Numbered from the stretch's first letter, positions 31,587 to 41,284 are shown. The stretch is 64,000 nucleotides of DNA from Chloroflexota bacterium (GCA_963662335.2 CAXXVD010000003.1:96001-160000), one strand, 5' to 3'. Notes: generated by a model from the letters alone, not told the origin. Numbers and translations: made by a program.

Positions 31587-32306
31587 TCAGGAAGGCGCCG
31601 GCACGGTGAAGCGCAGGAGAATGGTGTTGTCCACTTCCAGGTCGCTGCCCCAGATCAAGCGGGCGGAACCATTCCAATCGATGTCGTCGTAGCCGTCCTT
31701 GGGACGCACGGCGCCTTCCGACCACTCGGTGGCGGTTTCCCATTGGCTCGCGTCGAAGTCGGCGCTCGCCCAGCCGGCCGGAGCTTCCGTCTTCTCAAAG
31801 CGGCAGGCGGTGTCCGGATTAGATGCTTTCTCGCAGTCGGGGTTCAGGGGAGCGCGATGGATCACCAGCACCTGCCACGTGCTGTTGGTCACGGCCACCA
31901 CGTTGCCGGTGCTCAGGTCGGTGATTTGCGCGATGATGCCGCCGTCGCCCATCTGCTGGTTGCGTTCCCCGATGTACTCGAGTCCCGAATCGGTCTCCTT
32001 GAAGTCTTTGGCCTCGATGGCGATGGTGAGCGGGTAGTCCGCCGTGAACGTGATGGTCTCGGCGTTGAAGGAACGCTCCGTGGTGATGGGCACCGAATCC
32101 TCGCCGACCAACTCGCCGTTGACGTAGAGCGCGAACCAGTTGTCGGCCCACACCTCGGCCTTGAATTGCGGCGCGCCGCTTTGGCTCGTGGCGGTGTCCG
32201 GCGCGGCCGCCCCGTTTGCGCCGCCGTCATCGCCGGAACCGCAGCCGGCGACCAACCACACGGCGACCAGCACGGCCGCTACCCACTTAACGAAGAACCG
32301 CTCCAT
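31587..32306 (-). CDS. hypothetical lipoprotein (beta-rich, possibly lectin-like)
   Basis: Lipobox LVAGC; WADNWFALYVNG and W....FD.S.W motifs. Confidence 0.65.
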   Translation of the reverse strand: MERFFVKWVAAVLVAVWLVAGCGSGDDGGANGAAAPDTATSQSGAPQFKAEVWADNWFALYVNGELVGEDSVPITTERSFNAETITFTADYPLTIAIEAKDFKETDSGLEYIGERNQQMGDGGIIAQITDLSTGNVVAVTNSTWQVLVIHRAPLNPDCEKASNPDTACRFEKTEAPAGWASADFDASQWETATEWSEGAVRPKDGYDDIDWNGSARLIWGSDLEVDNTILLRFTVPAPS

Positions 32307-32486
32307 GCGTCTTTCCCCACTTCACGCTATTTCACTGCTGTGCTGCCGCGCTGCACAACCGGCTTGAACGCTTAGCCAGCATACGCGCCGCAGCCGGCGG
32401 GTCAGAGCAACCAGTCCCTTTACCCCTTGCCTATAGACAGTATACTGTAGGCAAGAGAGAGTACGCACAATGGCAGAGGCGGAGAG

Positions 32487-32714
32487 ATGGAAAACATCAC
32501 TGACTGGGCGCCTACGGTCGTCGCGGTGGCGGCGTGGCTTAGCCTGCTCTGGCGCTTCGAGAGTCGCATATCAGGCGCCGAGAATCGCTTGGGCGAACGG
32601 ATAGCGCGCATCGAAGGGACGCTGGAAGGCTTCGCAACCAAGTCCGACGTCGCGCGCATTGAGGGGCTGCTAGAGGGCTACTTCATGCAGGCTGGCAAGC
32701 GAGAAGAGAGCTAG
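32487..32714 (+). CDS. small membrane-anchored coiled-coil protein
   Basis: GGAG RBS, N-terminal hydrophobic helix, RIEG twice, own terminator. Confidence 0.6.
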   Translation: MENITDWAPTVVAVAAWLSLLWRFESRISGAENRLGERIARIEGTLEGFATKSDVARIEGLLEGYFMQAGKREES

Positions 32715-32735
32715 ACCCCAAACGCCGTCTACAAC

Positions 32736-32764
32736 AGAGCGCACCCGTGAAGGTGCGCTCTTTG
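32736..32764 (+). terminator. intrinsic terminator
   Basis: AGAGCGCACC-CGTGAA-GGTGCGCTCT followed by T residues. Confidence 0.65.
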
Positions 32765-32783
32765 CATTACCGGATTTGTGCTG

Positions 32784-33764
32784 CTACAGCACCGAGTGGT
32801 AGATGGCGTCCACCAGTTCCATCGTCTTGGTAGCGTCGCCAAAGTGAGTGTCCGGCTGGCGGCCGGTCTTGATGCAGTCGATGAAATGGCGGTTCTCGCC
32901 AAAGAAGCCGTAGGCGTGGTAGCGCGCGTCGTTGCCGGCGGCCGTGTTCACGTCCAGCACCGCCGGTTCGCCGTTGCCGTCGGTGTAGACCCGGGCCGTT
33001 TCGTCCGGGTCGATGTAGGCGGTGATGCCCTTGCCGTGAATTTCGAATATGTGCCGCCGCGTGCCGGCCACCCAGTTCGCCTGCAGGTAGCCGGCGCAGC
33101 CGTTCTCGAAGCGCATGAGCGCGTTGAAGACGTTGGGGTAGTCGGCGTACACCTCGCGCACGTCGCTGGCCACGGCCGCCACCTCGCTGCCGCCCAGCCA
33201 GCGGCAGACGTCCACCGCGTGCACCGCGTCGCAACTGAGGATGTCGGTCGCGCCGCCGTAGTAGGGCAGATCGCCGGGCGGGGTGAACTGGTGCTTGAGG
33301 AAGACCGACTGGAACTGGATGATCGGCCCCCGCGCCTCCACCTGGGCGCGCACTTCGCGCATCAGCGGGATGAAACGCCGGTTGAAGGCCGTCATGGTGA
33401 GCGCGCCGTACTTGGCGGCGGTCTTCGCCATGCTGCTGGTCTGATAGGCGTTGAGCCCCGGCGGCTTCTCCACGAAGAGGTTGTGGCCCCGCTGCAGGAC
33501 GTTTATCGAGATGTCGTAGAGGTGGTGCGGCGGCATGAGGCAGTAGACGCCGTCCGGCTTTTCCTTATCCAGCATCTCGCGGTAGTCGGCATAGGTGGCG
33601 GCGATGTTGAAGCGCGCCGCCGTGCTTTGCAGCCGGTCCGCGTCCAGGTCGCACGCGGCGGCAATTTCCACGTCCTCCATTTCGCTCAGAGACGGGTAGT
33701 GCATGGCGTTGGCGAGACTGCCCGCGCCAATCATGCAAATGCGGACTTTATCCGGGCCTGGCAT
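32784..33764 (-). CDS. Gfo/Idh/MocA family oxidoreductase
   Basis: MIGAGSLA, FVEKPPG, AFNRRF, HAVD. Confidence 0.88.
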   Translation of the reverse strand: MPGPDKVRICMIGAGSLANAMHYPSLSEMEDVEIAAACDLDADRLQSTAARFNIAATYADYREMLDKEKPDGVYCLMPPHHLYDISINVLQRGHNLFVEKPPGLNAYQTSSMAKTAAKYGALTMTAFNRRFIPLMREVRAQVEARGPIIQFQSVFLKHQFTPPGDLPYYGGATDILSCDAVHAVDVCRWLGGSEVAAVASDVREVYADYPNVFNALMRFENGCAGYLQANWVAGTRRHIFEIHGKGITAYIDPDETARVYTDGNGEPAVLDVNTAAGNDARYHAYGFFGENRHFIDCIKTGRQPDTHFGDATKTMELVDAIYHSVL

Positions 33765-33931
33765 CGGTTCCTCCGTATTGGGTGTATGCGCGTGGATGGC
33801 TTGCTTGCGCTTCATGATAGAAGCCGTACCGGGGAAATACAAGCGTTCGCCAGAGCGGGGGTAAAGAGTCTATCATCAAGGAAGATTGCAAGCAGGGCAC
33901 AGGCGAAGGACTCAAAGGGAGAAGCGATACG

Positions 33932-34810
33932 GTGGATGGCAATGTCGAACTCTTGGTGGATCAACACGCCCTGGTGGGCGAGGGGCCGCTGTGGGACGAG
34001 CAGGAGCAGGTGCTCTACTGGGTGGACATCCTAAACTCCACGCTCTTCATCTACGATCCGGCCACCGGCGAAAACAAGGAGATAGACGTCGGCCAGCACG
34101 TGGGCACGGTGGTCACCCGCGATTCCGGCGGGCTGATGCTGGCGGTGCGGGAAGGCTTTGCGTCTCTTGACCTGGAAACGCGGGAACTCACGCTCATTGC
34201 CAATCCGGAAGCGCACGTTACCGGCAACCGCTTCAACGACGGCAAGTGCGATCCGGCGGGCCGCTTCTGGGCCGGCACCATGGCCTACGAGAATCCGAAG
34301 GATTCCGGCAGCCTCTACCGCCTCGATACCGACCTGAGCGTGCACAAGATCTTTGGCGGCGTGGCAATCTCCAACGGCATCGTCTGGAGCCTGGACCACA
34401 CGACCATGTACTACATCGATACCCTGCGCAAGAACGTGCGCGCCTTCGATTACGACAACGACACCGGCGACATCAGCAACGAGCGGGTCGTCATCGACGT
34501 GCCGGCGGAGACCGGCCTGCCCGACGGGATGGCGATCGACAGCGAGGGCATGCTCTGGGTGGCGCACTACGGCGGTTCGCGCGTCTCGCGCTGGAATCCC
34601 GCTACAGGCGAGAACCTGGGGCACATACCTTTGCCGGTGACCCAGGTCACGGCCTGCGCGTTCGGCGGGCCGGACATGACTACTCTCTTCATCACCTCGG
34701 CGGCGCAAGAACTCGACGCGGCGGCACTGGCGCGCCAACCGCTGGCCGGGGGACTCTTTGCCATCGAGACGCCGTACCGGGGCGTGCCGTCCTTCCGGTT
34801 TGGCGGCTAG
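33932..34810 (+). CDS. SMP-30/gluconolactonase/LRE family protein
   Basis: GEGPLWD, RFNDGKCDPAGRFWAGTM, SNGIVWS, PDGMAID. Confidence 0.93.
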   Translation: MDGNVELLVDQHALVGEGPLWDEQEQVLYWVDILNSTLFIYDPATGENKEIDVGQHVGTVVTRDSGGLMLAVREGFASLDLETRELTLIANPEAHVTGNRFNDGKCDPAGRFWAGTMAYENPKDSGSLYRLDTDLSVHKIFGGVAISNGIVWSLDHTTMYYIDTLRKNVRAFDYDNDTGDISNERVVIDVPAETGLPDGMAIDSEGMLWVAHYGGSRVSRWNPATGENLGHIPLPVTQVTACAFGGPDMTTLFITSAAQELDAAALARQPLAGGLFAIETPYRGVPSFRFGG

Positions 34811-35080
34811 CGGTAGATTCACGTAGGTGAGTGTTGTACAGCATGACCGTAAGTGCTCTTGATTATAGGGGTCTTTATCTCCTTGCGAATTACCGACCGG
34901 GAACGGGCCCTTCTTTTCCCGTGCGTCGCTTCCCACGCCGGCGGGGGACAAGCCCCCGCGCTACGTCAATTCAAGAGCGCCGACAGCCACTGCGCTACGT
35001 TAAGGCGAAGGAGCCGGCAGGCACCGCGCCCCCGGCAAGCCCCACCACTTTCCGGTCAGATACGCTCTCCCTGGGGAGAG

Positions 35081-35229
35081 GCTGACAGGGGTAGGTGAAT
35101 GTCATTCCGAGCGCAGCGAGGAATCTAGGGATGCTGATAATGCAAGTCCACGCTCTAGATTCCTCACTCCGCTGCGCTCCGTTCGGAATGACAGGTGAAG
35201 TCGATTCTAAAGTGCCTACCCCTGTCAGT
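35081..35229. mobile_element. MITE type A (CTGACAGGGGTAGG TIRs) carrying a family A REP
   Basis: Perfect 14-bp TIRs at 35082-35095 and 35215-35228; TGGGGAGAG repeated at 35072-35080 and 35230-35238. Confidence 0.8.
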
Positions 35230-35302
35230 TGGGGAGAGGGCCGGGGTGAGGGGAAGAGGCGCGGCTAAGACTTCCAACTGGACGTGAGAAAGGAACTCAC
35301 TC

Positions 35303-36430
35303 ATGCAAGCGCTTGCGCCGCGACAGGACTTCATCGGCGTGGCGGATTCGACCTATCTCTACACCGGCGCGGAATCGGCGCCGCTGAAGTCACAGGCTCA
35401 GGCGCTGGAACGCTATCTCCACGAGCGCCCGCGCGCCGAGGCCGGACGGGCGGAGCACATCGCAACCGAACAGCGCTGCAAGCGGCAACTCGCCGACCTC
35501 ATGGGCTGCGGCGCGGACGACGTTGGTCTGGTGGGCAGCGCTTCCGAGGCCATCATCCTGATTGCCAGCGGCATCGCCTTCACGCCCGGCGACAACATCG
35601 TGACCAACGACCTGGAGTTTCCCAGCACGGTGCTGCCCTGGATACAGATGAAGCAGCACGGCGTCGAGGTGCGCCTGGTGCGCAGCCGGGACTGGCAATT
35701 CACGCCCGAGGACGTGATCGCGCAAATCGACGGGCGCACGCGCCTGGTGGCGGTGAGCCACGTGAGCTATCTCTCCGGGCTGCGGCTCGACCTCGAACCC
35801 ATCGCGCACGCCGCCCATGCTCACGGCGCGCTGCTGCTGGCGGACGTGACCCAGTCGCTGGGCGTCGTGCCGGTGGACGTGGGCGCGTATGACTTCGCGG
35901 TAGCCAGCACGTATAAGTGGCTGCTGGGCATCCACGGCGGCGGCGTGCTCTACTGGAACCGCGCGCGCTTGCCGGACTTTGCGCCGGGCGCGGTGGGCTG
36001 GTTCTCGGTGAGCGACTTTCTCAGCGACGACCGCTTTGAAAGAATCACGTGGAAGCCGACCGCCGAGCGTTTTGAACTGGGCATGCCGTCGTACGCGGCG
36101 ATCTACGCCCTGGAGAACGGCGTGCGCTACCTCCAGCAGTTAGGCGCGGACCGCATCGGCGCGCACGTGGAGGCGCTGGGTGACGAACTCATAGCGGGAC
36201 TGCGAGGACAAGGCTGGACGGTGATGACGCCCGTGGCGCGGGAGCACCGCGCAGGTAACATCTCAATCGCGGTGGCAGACGCGGTCACCGTGCGCGACGC
36301 CCTCATCGAGAAGAACGTCCACACGTGGGGCGGCGACGGGCGCGTGCGCGCCTCGCTCCATCTCTATAACGATAGCGCGGACGTAGCCGCCTACCTTGCG
36401 GCCTTGCGGCCGTTCGCCCCGGGTCGCTGA
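35303..36430 (+). CDS. aminotransferase class V (PLP-dependent)
   Basis: DLEFPS, DVTQSLG, STYKWLLG, RASLHLYN. Confidence 0.9.
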   Translation: MQALAPRQDFIGVADSTYLYTGAESAPLKSQAQALERYLHERPRAEAGRAEHIATEQRCKRQLADLMGCGADDVGLVGSASEAIILIASGIAFTPGDNIVTNDLEFPSTVLPWIQMKQHGVEVRLVRSRDWQFTPEDVIAQIDGRTRLVAVSHVSYLSGLRLDLEPIAHAAHAHGALLLADVTQSLGVVPVDVGAYDFAVASTYKWLLGIHGGGVLYWNRARLPDFAPGAVGWFSVSDFLSDDRFERITWKPTAERFELGMPSYAAIYALENGVRYLQQLGADRIGAHVEALGDELIAGLRGQGWTVMTPVAREHRAGNISIAVADAVTVRDALIEKNVHTWGGDGRVRASLHLYNDSADVAAYLAALRPFAPGR

Positions 36431-36432
36431 CG

Positions 36433-36867
36433 GTGTTCGCGCGCGAGTTCACCGTCGCGGCGCACCGCGACAAGGTGGCGCAGTTTCATCGCAGACGGCA
36501 AAGCCTTGTCGAGATCACGCCGCCGCCTATCATCGTGCGCATCCATTCCGGCCCAGAGGTTCTCTCATCAGGTGACGAGATGCGCTTTACACTCTGGCTC
36601 GGCCCGTTTCCCATCCGCTGGCACGCCGCCATCGCAGCCGCGCCGGGCGGGTTTGCCGATCGGCAAATACGCGGCCCGTTCGCGCACTGGGTCCACCGGC
36701 ATACGTTCATCGAGAGCGGCGGGGGGCTAACGACGGTGCGCGACGAGATCGAGTACACCTACAAGCGCCATCCCATCTGGGGCCTAATCGGGCGGCTCTT
36801 CGTGCTGGGCCTGCCGGCGCTCTTCGCCTACCGCGCTTGGAAGACACGGCGGCTGCTGGCGAAGTGA
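36433..36867 (+). CDS. SRPBCC family protein
   Basis: ITPP, FADRQIRGPFAHWVHRHTF, LFAYR. Confidence 0.75.
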   Translation: MFAREFTVAAHRDKVAQFHRRRQSLVEITPPPIIVRIHSGPEVLSSGDEMRFTLWLGPFPIRWHAAIAAAPGGFADRQIRGPFAHWVHRHTFIESGGGLTTVRDEIEYTYKRHPIWGLIGRLFVLGLPALFAYRAWKTRRLLAK

Positions 36868-36936
36868 GGGAACTAAAGCTAAACGCCAACTGGCTGACTC
36901 TCCTGCTCTTGAGGCATGTGGAACACACGTCGTTCT

Positions 36937-38097
36937 CTAGTTGTCGCCATCGTGGAACAAGGCAATGTAATCTTCGTATCGGAATACCCTCCCGCGCCCC
37001 TTTCCCGTAATCTCGTGCAGGATGCCGCAATCCACTAATTGCGAGACGAGCGAGTTTGCTGAAGGATAGGAACTCTCGTTCAAGTCTTGCACTACCTTTA
37101 CTGAAAGTAGTGCTCTTTCGAAGAGGTAGTCCAGTACGCGATGCCCATTTCCGGCCCGACGGCCAAGCCGCTCATTTATCAGATAACGGTGGCGTTCGCG
37201 GAGATCGAGGATTCTGCGTGCAGTCTCTGTAGCTTGTTTGCTCACCTCGATGACCCCACGCAGAAAGAAAGCAAGCCACTGCTCCCAGCTACCTGAATCA
37301 CGCACGGCTTGCAGTTCTTCATAGTACTGTTGACGGTTCTGCTTGAAGTAGTGGGAGAGATAGAGGACAGGCTTGAGCAGCACCCCGCGCTCACAGAGCA
37401 GAAACGTAATGAGGAGTCTGCCTACGCGACCATTGCCATCGAGAAACGGATGAATGGTCTCGAATTGGGCGTGAGCTAACCCTATCCATATAAGGGTTGG
37501 GAGATCTCCTGGATCGTTGAGAAACTTTTCCAAATCCCCAAGAGCTTGACGAACTTCCGTAGGCGGAGGTGGGATAAATGCGGCATCACTAAGGGAGGCG
37601 CCGCCTATCCAGTTTTGGCTCGTTCGTACTTCGCCTGGTGTGAGGTGAGAGCCACGGACCCGTTGTAGAAGTCTGGCATGTATTTGGCAGATCAGCCGTA
37701 CGGAAACAGGCAGGGTCTCGAGTTGCGCCAGCCCGAGTTTCAGTGCTTCAATGTAGTTGATGACCTCATATGCGTCACCCAAGGGGCCAGCAGAAAGAAT
37801 CCTTGCCTCAGCTGCCAATACGTCTTGTAGTGTGCTTTGCGTTCCCTCTATTTGGCTTGATAGCAGCGCTTCTTGGCGAATGTACATAAGTACAAAGAGA
37901 TCCGAATCTGGTAAGGTTTGAATAGAGCCATCGAGGCGTCCCAGTGACAGGTCAGCTTCGGAAAGCAAAGCTTGCAGTTCTCCGTCAATGTGAATTGGCG
38001 GGATAGGCGGCAGTGGATTTGGGATGAACGCGCGGTAGCCGCCAATTTGCCTAATGTATTGACCGGATCTAGTTGGGTTGTCGGAGAATGTCTGCAT
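36937..38097 (-). CDS. Fic family protein with N-terminal inhibitory motif and C-terminal HTH
   Basis: HPFLDGNGRVGR; SSQIEG autoinhibitory motif; AT-richer. Confidence 0.93.
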   Translation of the reverse strand: MQTFSDNPTRSGQYIRQIGGYRAFIPNPLPPIPPIHIDGELQALLSEADLSLGRLDGSIQTLPDSDLFVLMYIRQEALLSSQIEGTQSTLQDVLAAEARILSAGPLGDAYEVINYIEALKLGLAQLETLPVSVRLICQIHARLLQRVRGSHLTPGEVRTSQNWIGGASLSDAAFIPPPPTEVRQALGDLEKFLNDPGDLPTLIWIGLAHAQFETIHPFLDGNGRVGRLLITFLLCERGVLLKPVLYLSHYFKQNRQQYYEELQAVRDSGSWEQWLAFFLRGVIEVSKQATETARRILDLRERHRYLINERLGRRAGNGHRVLDYLFERALLSVKVVQDLNESSYPSANSLVSQLVDCGILHEITGKGRGRVFRYEDYIALFHDGDN

Positions 38098-38270
38098 AAG
38101 CGTAGACCGGCGCAGTGGAGCACCCGTTAGTTATTGAACGTACGTTTAGTATACTAGCTCCGCCAGTGTCTTATTAAAGAAAATGCCGTTTTTCTTACAT
38201 AAAACGGTCACTCACGCGCGCAATTAAAGGTTCCTTACATACCGAACCCCGTGACAGCCGGTGCGACCGG

Positions 38271-39665
38271 TCATTCTTTCCGCGCGCGGGCCGCCATGAA
38301 GTCCATCAGCGGATAGGGGCTGCCCGGATGTTGACCCGGCAGGCGGGCGGGCAGGGGTTCGCCCAAGAAGCCTTCCAGCCGGGCGCGCTGTTGCGCCACC
38401 ACGTCCGGGTGTTCGGCGGCCACGTCGTCGAAGTTATCAAGGTCCTGGTCGATGCGGTAGAGCTTCCATTGCGGCTCGGCTTCCTGGATATTCACCACCG
38501 CGTTCCAGGTATGGTCGCGCACGCTGGCCTCGTAGCCCCAGACCGTCAGCGTCCAGTCCCGCAGCGCGCCGCGTGCGCCGGTAGCCAGCGGCCACATGTT
38601 CTCGCCGTCCAGGCGGTCGTGGGGCACTTCCAGCCAGTTGAGGATCGTCGGCGCCACGTCGATGTGCTGCACGAACGGCGTAATCACCGTATCGCGCGGC
38701 CCGTGCGGATGGCGCACCAGCATGTTCACGCGGGTATTGTAGGCGTTCATGTGGCGTTGGCTCTTGCCGAACTCGCCGTGCTCGTTCATCTGCGTGCCGT
38801 GGTCGGAGGTGAAGACGATGATCGTCTCGTCCAGCAGCCCGCCGTCGGCCAGGTGGTTCAGCAGCACGCCCAGCCACTTGTCGATGAACGTCAGCGAGCC
38901 GTAGTAGAGCGCCCGCACCCGGTCTTCTTCCGCCGCCGACAGGGGCTCGCCGCGCGGCTGGATTGGCTCGATGCCCTGCCAGGGCGCGTCCATGTAGGCG
39001 TCGGCGTACTCGAACGGCGGGTGCCACGGCTCGTGGGCCTCGAACGAATCGATCCAGAGGAAGAACGGGTGCTGCTCGCGGCTGTCCTCGATGAACCGGA
39101 TGGCGCGGCGGATGCACTTGGCAAAGGTGAAGTCCTCTTCCGTTGTGCGGTCCTTCACGTTCCAGAGCCACTGGCGCAGCACGAACGGCACGTTGTCCGG
39201 CCGGTGGGTGTAGCGCGCGGCCTGCAGTTCCTCTTCCGTGCCCAGCCGGTAGGGATCGGCCTCCTGCCCGCGCAAGAACTCCCAGTTCATGAAGCCGCGG
39301 GTGAAGTTCATGGTCGGCTTGAAGAGGTGGTAGGTATCGGCCACCAGGCCGGTGGCGTAGCCCGCGCGGGAGAGACGCTCGGCCAGGGTCTGCTGGTGCG
39401 GCGGCACGCCGTGCCACCCCGGCATCCCCGGCGCGCCCGGCGAGGAGCCGGTGGTGTCAATCGTCCAGCGCCAGGGAAAGCCCCGGATGCCGGTGAAGAG
39501 CGAGCGCCGCGCCGGCACGGTCGGCAGCGCCTCGGCAAACGCGTTTGCGAACCAGACCCCGTCCCGCGCCATGGCGTCCAGCGTGGGCGTCCGCATAGCG
39601 TGCGCGCCCAGATGCCGGATGCAATCGGCGCGAAAAGTGTCGAGGCAGATGACGATGCAGTTCAC
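38271..39665 (-). CDS. sulfatase-like hydrolase (alkaline phosphatase superfamily)
   Basis: ICLDTFRAD, PTVPARRSLFTG, HEPW, FTSDHG. Confidence 0.85.
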   Translation of the reverse strand: MNCIVICLDTFRADCIRHLGAHAMRTPTLDAMARDGVWFANAFAEALPTVPARRSLFTGIRGFPWRWTIDTTGSSPGAPGMPGWHGVPPHQQTLAERLSRAGYATGLVADTYHLFKPTMNFTRGFMNWEFLRGQEADPYRLGTEEELQAARYTHRPDNVPFVLRQWLWNVKDRTTEEDFTFAKCIRRAIRFIEDSREQHPFFLWIDSFEAHEPWHPPFEYADAYMDAPWQGIEPIQPRGEPLSAAEEDRVRALYYGSLTFIDKWLGVLLNHLADGGLLDETIIVFTSDHGTQMNEHGEFGKSQRHMNAYNTRVNMLVRHPHGPRDTVITPFVQHIDVAPTILNWLEVPHDRLDGENMWPLATGARGALRDWTLTVWGYEASVRDHTWNAVVNIQEAEPQWKLYRIDQDLDNFDDVAAEHPDVVAQQRARLEGFLGEPLPARLPGQHPGSPYPLMDFMAARARKE

Positions 39666-39697
39666 CAGGGCCTTCCTTACAATTGGCCGGTTCTTGG

Positions 39698-39916
39698 CTA
39701 CTCCTCGCTTGGCTTGCCAACGTCTTGCGGCCTTTCGGCAGCGCCTTCGATCCGAGACACGCGCTGATATAGTTCGAAGATGTGGTTGCGCATGTCGCGG
39801 TTATCCTCCCTGATCGCGTTCTCGCCCTGCCTGATAAACGTAATAATGGCAACGCCGACGCCGATAGCAACGATGATAATGGCAAGGGTTGAGACCAAGA
39901 GTTCGTATTGTCCCAT
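39698..39916 (-). CDS. small membrane-anchored coiled-coil protein
   Basis: GGAGGGAG RBS, one TM helix, then RVSRIEG. Confidence 0.6.
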   Translation of the reverse strand: MGQYELLVSTLAIIIVAIGVGVAIITFIRQGENAIREDNRDMRNHIFELYQRVSRIEGAAERPQDVGKPSEE

Positions 39917-39930
39917 TTTGCTCCCTCCGC

Positions 39931-40265
39931 CTACCGCTGCTTATTCGCCGGAGGATTCAGTGCGGCTATAAGGTCGCGTTCCTCCAAGTACCTGTTCACC
40001 GTGCTGCCATTCTTGTGCGCCAAGACATGCGTCGGTCCATAGCGCATGATTTCTTGATTGCTTCTTTGTTCACTCAGTCTGTTCTTGAAGTTATCGGTCT
40101 CGCCGACATAGATTACGGCCCACCCGGATGGCTCAGCCACCCTGGCAAGAACGTAGTTGCCCGGCTCTTGGCTGCCGACCCAATCAATGGGAAAACCCAG
40201 TAGGTGTACGCCACGCCGGATGATCCAGCCAGGCTTAACGTGGGCCGCAGTTCTACCATTTGCAT
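39931..40265 (-). pseudogene. GIY-YIG nuclease-like gene with a 1-nt frameshift (or sequencing error)
   Basis: ATG 40265 with GAGG RBS gives MQMVELRPTLSLAGSSGVAYTYWVF; adding one base at the T4 run (40192-40195) continues PIDW...PGNYVLA...IYVGET...RL...EERDLIAALNPPAN. Confidence 0.65.
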
Positions 40266-40348
40266 ACTTTCCTCGTTGTCCCGGAGCAAGCGCGGATAGC
40301 TTCAGTATACAACAGGGCCTATACGGATGAAACGACCTATTCACGCCG

Positions 40349-41218
40349 TCATGCCCGTCTTTGCGTCCGCAGCGCCAGGTAGATGCCCAGCAGCACCAAC
40401 CCGCCGCCGGCCGCTTGCAGCAGTGTCAAACCCTCGCCCAGGATGAAGAAAGCCAGCATGCTCGCGCCCACCGGCTCGCCCAGGATAGCCACGGCGACCA
40501 CGGCGGCGGAGACGTAGCGCAGGGTCCAATTGTACGCCGTGTGGCCGAGGAGTTGCGGCCCCAGCGCCAGGAGAACCATCACGAGATACGTCGCGGGCGC
40601 GTAGCCGGTGAACGGCTGTCGCGTCACCAGCGCCGCGGCCAGCACCAGCAGCGCCGCCATGCCGTAGACCGCCGTGATGTAGGGCAGCAGGTCCAGCCGT
40701 TGCCGCAGGCGCTGTCCCAGCAGCAAGTAGGCGGAGTGAAAGACCGCGCCCAGCAGCGCCAGCGCGTCGCCAAAGAGCGCCTGGCCTTCCACCTGGAAGT
40801 CGCTGTAGCCGATCAGGATGCCGCCGGTCACCGAAAGCGCGATGCCCCACACCAGCAGCGGATGGAGCCGCTCGCGGAAGATGACCACCATGCCAAGCCC
40901 CACGAAGATGGGGTTGATCGTGACGAGCACCACCGAACTGGCGACCGACGTGTACTCCAGCGAGGCGATCCAGGCGATGAAGTGCAGACCCAGAAAACTG
41001 CCGGCCACTGCCGCCACCAGCCAGTCGCGGCGGCGCAAAGCCTGGAGATGCGGCCTGCGTAACGCAAGCGTCAGCGGCGCCAGCACGAGCGCGGCGACGC
41101 CCAGCCGGTAGGCGGCAATGATGAGCACCGGCGCGTCGGCCAGCTTGATCAGGATCGAGGCGCTGCTGATGATCGCCACCGAGGCGCACAAGGCCAGGAC
41201 GACACGGATATAGGGCAT
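40349..41218 (-). CDS. DMT/EamA family transporter
   Basis: About 10 TM helices, SLEYTSVASS, LGEPVGA. Confidence 0.9.
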   Translation of the reverse strand: MPYIRVVLALCASVAIISSASILIKLADAPVLIIAAYRLGVAALVLAPLTLALRRPHLQALRRRDWLVAAVAGSFLGLHFIAWIASLEYTSVASSVVLVTINPIFVGLGMVVIFRERLHPLLVWGIALSVTGGILIGYSDFQVEGQALFGDALALLGAVFHSAYLLLGQRLRQRLDLLPYITAVYGMAALLVLAAALVTRQPFTGYAPATYLVMVLLALGPQLLGHTAYNWTLRYVSAAVVAVAILGEPVGASMLAFFILGEGLTLLQAAGGGLVLLGIYLALRTQRRA

Positions 41219-41284
41219 GGAAACTCCCGCGCTCCGCCATTATTGCCGGGTAGCCGCGCCGGCCGACCGGGGGAGAGACTCCGC

